Positions 57,419-64,000 of a DNA stretch of 64,000 nucleotides are shown one piece after another. Numbering within the stretch: the first letter of the stretch is position 1; each line of letters starts with the position of its first letter. Source of the stretch: Paraspadella gotoi (taxonomy: Eukaryota; Animalia; Chaetognatha). The position numbers were made by a program, and so were the translations under genes. The stretch covers positions 22,383,486 through 22,447,485 of the forward strand of contig CM119267.1 of assembly GCA_051294375.1 (NCBI GenBank), in the 5' to 3' direction. Below the pieces are notes generated by a model that was given only the letters and a program-made list of their open reading frames with translations, ran no database searches and was not told the DNA's origin.

Positions 57419-58288
57419 TTATTTGGCAGAAGTTCTTGTCCTTTTGTTCCACGAGTAGTTGGCGCCGTAGCTCTTCTTGAGGCGCCTGAGTCTCTGAGGT
57501 TCTTCGACGTCGTATTGCCATTGGTTCCGCTGGCAATAGTTGATAGCGTCCTCCAAACTGGCGAATTCAATGACCAAGTTGGACAAGGGGTCGCCCGACG
57601 AACACCATCCCATCAAGGGATTCTCCCATCTATTCGTTTTGCGAAAGGGAATATGGAGGGAAAGAGAAAATGCTTCCGGAATTAACATTCTGACTAAATT
57701 AGCGAAAACCGAACGGGTGAAAAAATAATAAGAATCCAATCTAAAGAAACTTATAAAGATGAAAAGGATATCTTACCCAAAACCGGTTTCTCTGTTTAAA
57801 CTTTTACTCGGCGCTAATAAATAGGAAAAGCATAAAAAAACCGGTCGTCGTCAATTCGAACTCACAACCTCCCACTTTCCTTACCTTTCCCAAGCATCGA
57901 ACTCGATACGCCACTTGTGAGTGGCCGCCGTGCCGCTTTGCATCGCGTTCTTGGAGGGAACGAAGATGCGAGCGCGGCGATGTTGGGTGTGCACTTTGGG
58001 AACGCCAGCCAGATCGACCACGTTGACTTGTTCATCGCCTACCAAAAATTATTCATTCAAAATTATAATTTAAATCGGTAACTGAATAAACAAATGTTAA
58101 TTATTAGTTCGTTTACCGACGATAGCGATTCGCTTTTCTTGCTCCGTTTGGATAACGTTTTCTTCCGTCACCGGTGGTGGCGTCGTCGCCGTCCCGCGCC
58201 AAATCCCCATAGTCGACGCCCCGGTAAACAAAAGGCCCGTGACGCGCGAATGAAGGGCGCCGCGGAGAAGGCCGGCGGCCAGAGCCAT
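57419..58288 (-). CDS. NDUFS4: NADH dehydrogenase iron-sulfur protein 4, mitochondrial; 3 exons
   Basis: Mitochondrial presequence; RRARIFVPSKNAMQSGT...WRIEFD; RWENPLMGWCSSGDPLSN...KSYGANYSWNKRTR. Confidence 0.95.
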
Positions 58289-58695
58289 CTCTCGTTGGAA
58301 ACGAGAATCGAAATGACTAACGAAACTGAAGATGTCGGAATGATCAGGAGTGAAAAAAAATATAGGAGAAAAAATATGAGGCATAATTGAAAAGAGTCAA
58401 CGAATATAGCTAGTATAATATTAATATGAAAATGATTGAAGTTATCATGACTGGATCAATGTTATTCCATTTCTCTACATGCTACATCAAGAATAACGTA
58501 ACAAAATTAAATAAATCTTCTCGTTTCCCGCTCCTTTTTTAATTGAATTGCACGGTAAGTATTAAAAAAAACTTTAAAAAAGCGCCAGGATGTTAAAAAG
58601 GGGGATAAAAATGAGACATTCTTGTAGGGGAAGAATAGCCGGCACTACCGCTTAATTTTTTTCGCAAGGCAAGGGAAAGAAAAAAAAGACAAAAA

Positions 58696-61600
58696 TCATT
58701 CTCTCGTCCAAACTTTCCACGTCTCGAATTCTGACGCGTCCAACCCGCTTAGGGACTTGAGGTTTTCCACGTAAAAGGCGAGTTCGGTCATGACGAGTCC
58801 ATGCTTTGGTCCACCGTCGTTGGCAATTCCCTGACGTCGCAATTTGGTGCCAAGCGAGACGAGCAGGGCGTCGTGAACGTCGAGCAAGATGGAGCGAACC
58901 TGGTCTCGGGGCAGGAGGTCCACGATGGCTTCATGGAACTTGACCAACTGGCGACCGATTGAGCGGAAACAAGCAGAGGGCACGGGGGCCTTCGCTTCCC
59001 AATTCTCCAGATCCCGCTCGAACATGGACTCGACGATGTTGACGAGCTTGTTGTGGATAAGTTGGATGTGTTCGTTGTAGTCCTTCTCCAACTGGTTAAA
59101 GTGGCGAGTGAGCGTGTGTCGCCGCGTCTTTGTGAGGGCGGAAACATTGGTCGGGGTAGGAGGGCGCGATTCGTCGTTCTCCGTACTCTCGCCAAAGGAC
59201 GAGGGTCCCGTCTCCGTGGCGCGAGTAGCGTCCTCCGGCGGCGGAGATAAACTAGAAACGTACTTGCGTTTGATTAGCTTGACCAGAGTAAGCGCCAGTT
59301 GAAGCGATCGAGATGCGAGGGCGAGGTTTTTGGTGCTAATCGTCTTGAGTCCGACCAGTTGAAGGGCGCCGGCGCCAACAACCAACTGACAGGTTCGCGA
59401 GTTAAAGGTCTTTAAGAGTTCGACGAGTTTACTCAATACTTCGGGCACGGTGGATGGAATGTCGCGAACGCACTTGCAATAGTCTGCCATCATGCGCATT
59501 AGAAGGAGCACCGTACCGACGACGGCGAAGGGTTCCCCGTTGACGAGGAGATGCTGCTGCGGCGGCGGAGCGTTGTTCGCTGCCTCGGCGCTGGATTTGG
59601 TCGTCGGCGGGGGCAGCAATTCTCCGGTGCGAAAGGCTTCGTCTGCCATAACCTGAAATTCGGAGGGCACGTCGGCGACTTTCCATCGCTCGCTGTCGAG
59701 AATTAGGCTGAGCTTCGTTTTTCGCTCCTCGTGGAATCGATTGACGAACCGTCCCGCCTGGGTCGTCAGGCTGGAGCGGAGAGCCGTGCCGCGTCGGCCG
59801 CAGACGCGTTCGCAGGCGGCGGCGAATGACTCGACCATTTTGCAGAGAAGCACGAACTCGACCGAGCTAATTTTGTCCATGTAGCCGCCCTTGGCACGGG
59901 AGGCTATAACCTTGATGCAGCGATCCTGGGCGTGGTCGCAAGCGAACCAAACTAAGTCACGGAGGCGATTCTGCTGTTTGACGAACTCGTCCTCGTCGCC
60001 ACAGAGTTTCGCCGACAAGGAAGAGTCGGATCGTACGAAGCGACGGTCAGCAAGTCCGCCGATGCCGATCACGCCCCCTTCCTCGGGCGTCCCTTCGCGG
60101 CTTCCGCTGCGCCGTTTGGGCTTGAGGAAAGGCGGTTCCGGAGAACGCAGCGTCGGTTCACTGTCGCGGCCTGTCCTTCCCGCGGCGACGCAGAGCACGT
60201 CGCTCATGACATTGTGGGCGGCTTTGACGCGTCGAAGAAAGACGATGATGCGACGGAAGACGATGTCCATCATCGGCAGCCATTGAGCGAAGGTCATTAG
60301 GCGCATCTCGTCGGCGAGGCAGGCCACGGCCGGATCCTGAGATGGCAACTGGTCGATGTCAATCGTTTCCTGCTTGACTCGATCAGAGACAGCTTGGCGG
60401 ATCAAAGTCTTGGTCGCTGCGGCGATTTCCGACCGGTAGATGTCCACAAAGTTGAATTTGTCAATCCTCAGCATGCCCAGAACCAGAGCGACAAGACGCT
60501 CTTCCTCAAAAACCAAAGGCTCCGACTTTGATTCGGACAAGAAAGAGTCGGCGCCGTATGTCTCAAACTGGACGTCGACCGATTCCGCGTTGGCGCCGCG
60601 CTGCGTCATGATCTTGCCCTCGACGCTGACAAGACCGACGCCGGGATAATCAAGGTCTTTCTCGACGTCGGGGTTACCGTCGTCGACGCGCAAAGGGCTG
60701 ACGTTGACGGAAACTGGACGATTGAGGTCGGCCTGGGCGTAGGCGGTGAAATCCTCCACCAGCATCTTTTCGATAACCCCTTCGATCTCTGACAGCTGCG
60801 TGCCGAGATAGCGGAAACAATGGACTCCGGTCAATTCATTGTTCAGCACCTCTTGCGTCGTAGAGATGAGATCCAAGGCGCCGACATACTCCGAGGTTGC
60901 CAAGAGCAGCTGGATCGTTTGCTGCGTAGCGTGAACCGTCGACATCGTTTTCAGCCTGTGGTAGACCTTCAAATGATTTTCTTTTCTCTTGGCCAACCCT
61001 AGGACGGTCAATGGCTGCCGCACATGAACGGCCTCCAACTTTCGCATCATGGAGCGCAAGTTTTCGATGGAATTGCACGTGCGCGCCATGTGGTCTTGAA
61101 GCTCATCATGGGAAGCGAGGGCGTGGAAGAAGGCATCCGAGCGCGAGGCGATCTGGTCGGTGATGGCCTGTGCAGCCAGATTAAATAGACGGAAGATTAT
61201 AAAACGGATTCAGAGAGAAAGAGAGAGAGAATAAATCATCGTACATAATGACAAATTCAATTGACCAAATTACCTGTTCTATAACGTCCAGATAATGCGA
61301 GAGCTTCTCCTGCAGCAGCTTGGACGATTGTCGATTCCCCTCAAAACCCGGCGCCTCCATCTTGGACCAGTGGGCGAAAACGGCGTTGAAGGTGGGAGGG
61401 TCATCGAGGCCAAAGTCCGAACGAAAGAACAACTTGGGCACTTCCTCCAACGCCAGTCTCTGTCGTTCCTGCTCTAGAGATTTTTGAACGGCTTTACGAG
61501 AAACTATGGAACCCGGGAAGCCGTCGGCAATATCCTCGCCCGTCTCGGCCGCCTCGGCGGCCTTCTGCGATCGACGTCGCTGGCATCGCGCGCTGGTTCT

Positions 61601-62152
61601 ATCCAGATAATCCTGCACGTGAGAACGATCGATCCGCGGCACGAGCGGCGACGGCGATAGCGTCGTCCGCGTAAAGGCATCGCCCCACGTCTTGGAGAAA
61701 AAGTCGGCTGGGCGCGGTTTGTGGGGATCGCTGAGCACAGAGGCCACGTTGGTTGTGGCATCGTAGACGGTCCACTTGGGCTTGACGTCCGGGGACGAGT
61801 CAATCGACGGGACGTGGGAGATAGATGTCGGCGCTACGGTGGCGGCAGGCGAACTCTCGGAGCCACGCCGACACGCTGTTCGGTCTTCCATGTGATGCTT
61901 GCGCACGTGGTTTTCGTAGTCCCGATCGCTCACGCCCTCCAGCGGAAGGGAAGGGCAGACACCGTTGACTCCGTAGAGACAGACGAAGGAGCCGCCCTCT
62001 TTGGAACAGTGCCGGGCCCGTAGGTGTTTGGCGAATTCACCCGGGCTGCGGCAAGGCACGTTGGGCGAACAGGCGAGGCAAGAGGACCAAGGCGGCTGAG
62101 TCTCGGGGCGGGGTTTTCGGGCGGCGGCGACGCCCGACGACGACGACGTCAT
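58696..62152 (-). CDS. VPS54: Vacuolar protein sorting 54 (GARP complex); 2 exons, intron ~61169-61273
   Basis: DFFSKTWG; SSKLLQEKLSHYLDVIE; VHATQQTIQLLLATSEYVGALDLI; FHEERKTKLSLILDSERWK; FNSRTCQLVVGAGALQLVGLKTI; NDGGPKHGLV. Confidence 0.95.
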
Positions 62153-62463
62153 CGTCCGAAGAGGCGACGGCGACGGTTCATTCGAACAGAATTATATCTT
62201 TCATCGGCTGAGTTAGAGGCGTGGTGTTCCAAGCATCGATTCGAGAGAAATCATAATTTTTAGAAACGGGAGACGTTTTAGGGGTCGGGAACTGTCAACG
62301 TTGAAAATTATTAAAGGAACCAGAAACTCGATTGAGAAATAAATTCGAGGATGACAATAAGAAAACAAAAGAGCGCCGATGAACGAAGGCGACGACGAAA
62401 AAATTAAACAGTATTCAAGGCGAAAAACCCCGAATAAAAATTGCGGGAAAAACTGTTCCTCTA

Positions 62464-64000
62464 TTACGAATTCACATCACTCTTCTCATCTTCCTCGTTA
62501 TCATTCTCCTGCTTGCCCAGTTGCACGACGAAAGGTTCTGGATACTCGTCGGAAAAAAGGACGTGGCGCCTGATGAAGGCATCTGGCTGGTTGCGACGCT
62601 TGTACTCGATCCACCGATCGCGGTTGAGGTAAAACTGGCTGTGGAACACGTAGGGCGGTTTGATAAATTCCGGAAATTCGCAGAGTTTTCCGTCGTTGAG
62701 GACTAGGTCGAGATCGCTGGACGGGAGATCAAAGGAAAAATGGAACGTCGATCGGTCAGTCGTGATGGAATAATATAAAATATGTATATATATTGAATAG
62801 AATAAAATTAGTAAGTTGGTAGAATGTTAATCCACTAATAAATTCATCCCGGATTAAATCATTAACTTCCTCTCACCGATATTCCTCCGTTCCGATCTCG
62901 GCATCGCGTCGTGCCGGCCCAACCTCAGGTCGAGGAGCCGCGATCAAAACAGGGAAGTTGTCGTTCTCCGCCCGATACTCAACCGCGTACAGACGCTGCG
63001 TCGCATTACAGTTAAAAATTAATATTAAAAAAAGGATCCGTCAATTTAAGTCTTAAGTATTTTTTTTGTCTCTCATCTCACCATTTCGTCCGCTAACTGT
63101 TGAATGTCCTTTTGAGCCCTCAACGCACGAAAAAAGCCTTGGGTAATCGCGAGATAGTTTGTGGTGCTGTGTTCCACTCTAGCCCAGAGATCCTTTGAAG
63201 AAAAGACAAATAGTTATTGGGAGCCCGTCAACCCATTGCTCTCTAAGTTTGACAGTTTTGGTTAAACCTTGATCCCTATCGCCTGACAGATAACTTTTAA
63301 GACTCGGTGACACCGCAACCCGTGACCGCGTGGCCGGGGCTCGATGAACAGGTGACTGCCGTGAAATTTCGAGTAAGACTTGTGGAACACGGTGTGATTA
63401 TCGTACAACTTCATGTACTGAAGCCTGTTTTGAGGCGGAGGGAGGGGTTAATTAGAAAGTTAAATACTAGTGACGCATTGCATCGAAATTAAACTCAAGA
63501 ATTAAGTTTTAAAATGATTTTTCAACCTGAGAATTGCTTGATTCTTCGCCTTTCTATGCGCGTTATTTATATTATTGGACTTTCCGCGACCGAAGCCGGC
63601 CAGACCTTTCCCGTTACCCGTCACGGCGAGACAAGAGAAGGAAAAAGCCCTGAGAAATAATAGTTTCGAAGGAATTATAACGGCTCATCTCTAATAAAGT
63701 AATAAATTACAGACAAGTGTTCTTGTCTACCTTCCCACGGTTCCAGACATGTGAGATACGCGCTTTGATTGTAGGATCCACGTTTCGAAGTCTTCAAACG
63801 TCTGATCGCCTATTGATTTTCAACTTATAAAATTGGTAAAACTAATATAAAATTATTTTTATTATATTTTATTATTATATTATTATTTTATTATATTATT
63901 ATATTTCATTAGCAAAATCAAAAAAGGAAAAGACTCGCCTATGGGATCAGGCGGTCCCAGCTTTCTCCCGCCGTACTTGGCGGACGTCCAACCTCGCTCC
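62464..64000 (-). CDS. MRPS5: Mitochondrial ribosomal protein S5 (uS5m); 5' part lies beyond the window; at least 7 exons visible
   Basis: Hand-translated exons: ERGWTSAKYGGRKLGPPDPI|GDQTFEDFET; LAVTGNGKGLAGFGRGK; YDNHTVFH...GHGLRCHRVLKVICQAIGIK|DLWARV. Confidence 0.9.

Overview
Eukaryotic, invertebrate-animal genomic DNA (GC-rich exons, short AT-rich spliceosomal introns, invertebrate-type VPS54 with an N-terminal Cys/His module). The species cannot be determined from the sequence. The window holds 22 recognisable protein-coding genes, ALL on the minus strand and packed head-to-tail, with stop-to-next-ATG spacers of about 130-890 bp (most 250-450). In transcription order: MRPS5 (5' end outside window), VPS54, NDUFS4, EEF2, TM2D2, CCDC150, ERCC5/XPG, CPSF3, SSRP1, TSN, NUS1, UPF2, LCMT1, CMBL-like B, ISOC, C3orf33-like, VIRMA, CMBL-like A, WDR5, PPP1R3, NOLC1, SFT2D. 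Many start codons lie just downstream of a pyrimidine tract + AG. This points to a very large (>63 kb) eukaryotic operon resolved by spliced-leader trans-splicing (inference). Just past the last gene, on the + strand (34-108), is a sequence fitting a circularly permuted type-P5 twister self-cleaving ribozyme, preceded by a tRNA B-box-like motif. Other features: a TA-flanked TIR element and minisatellites in the long TM2D2 intron, three GC-AG introns, frameshifts in ERCC5 and CPSF3 (probably assembly errors), and a 10-N scaffold gap. All protein identifications are from remembered family motifs, not database searches; CDS coordinates span introns.
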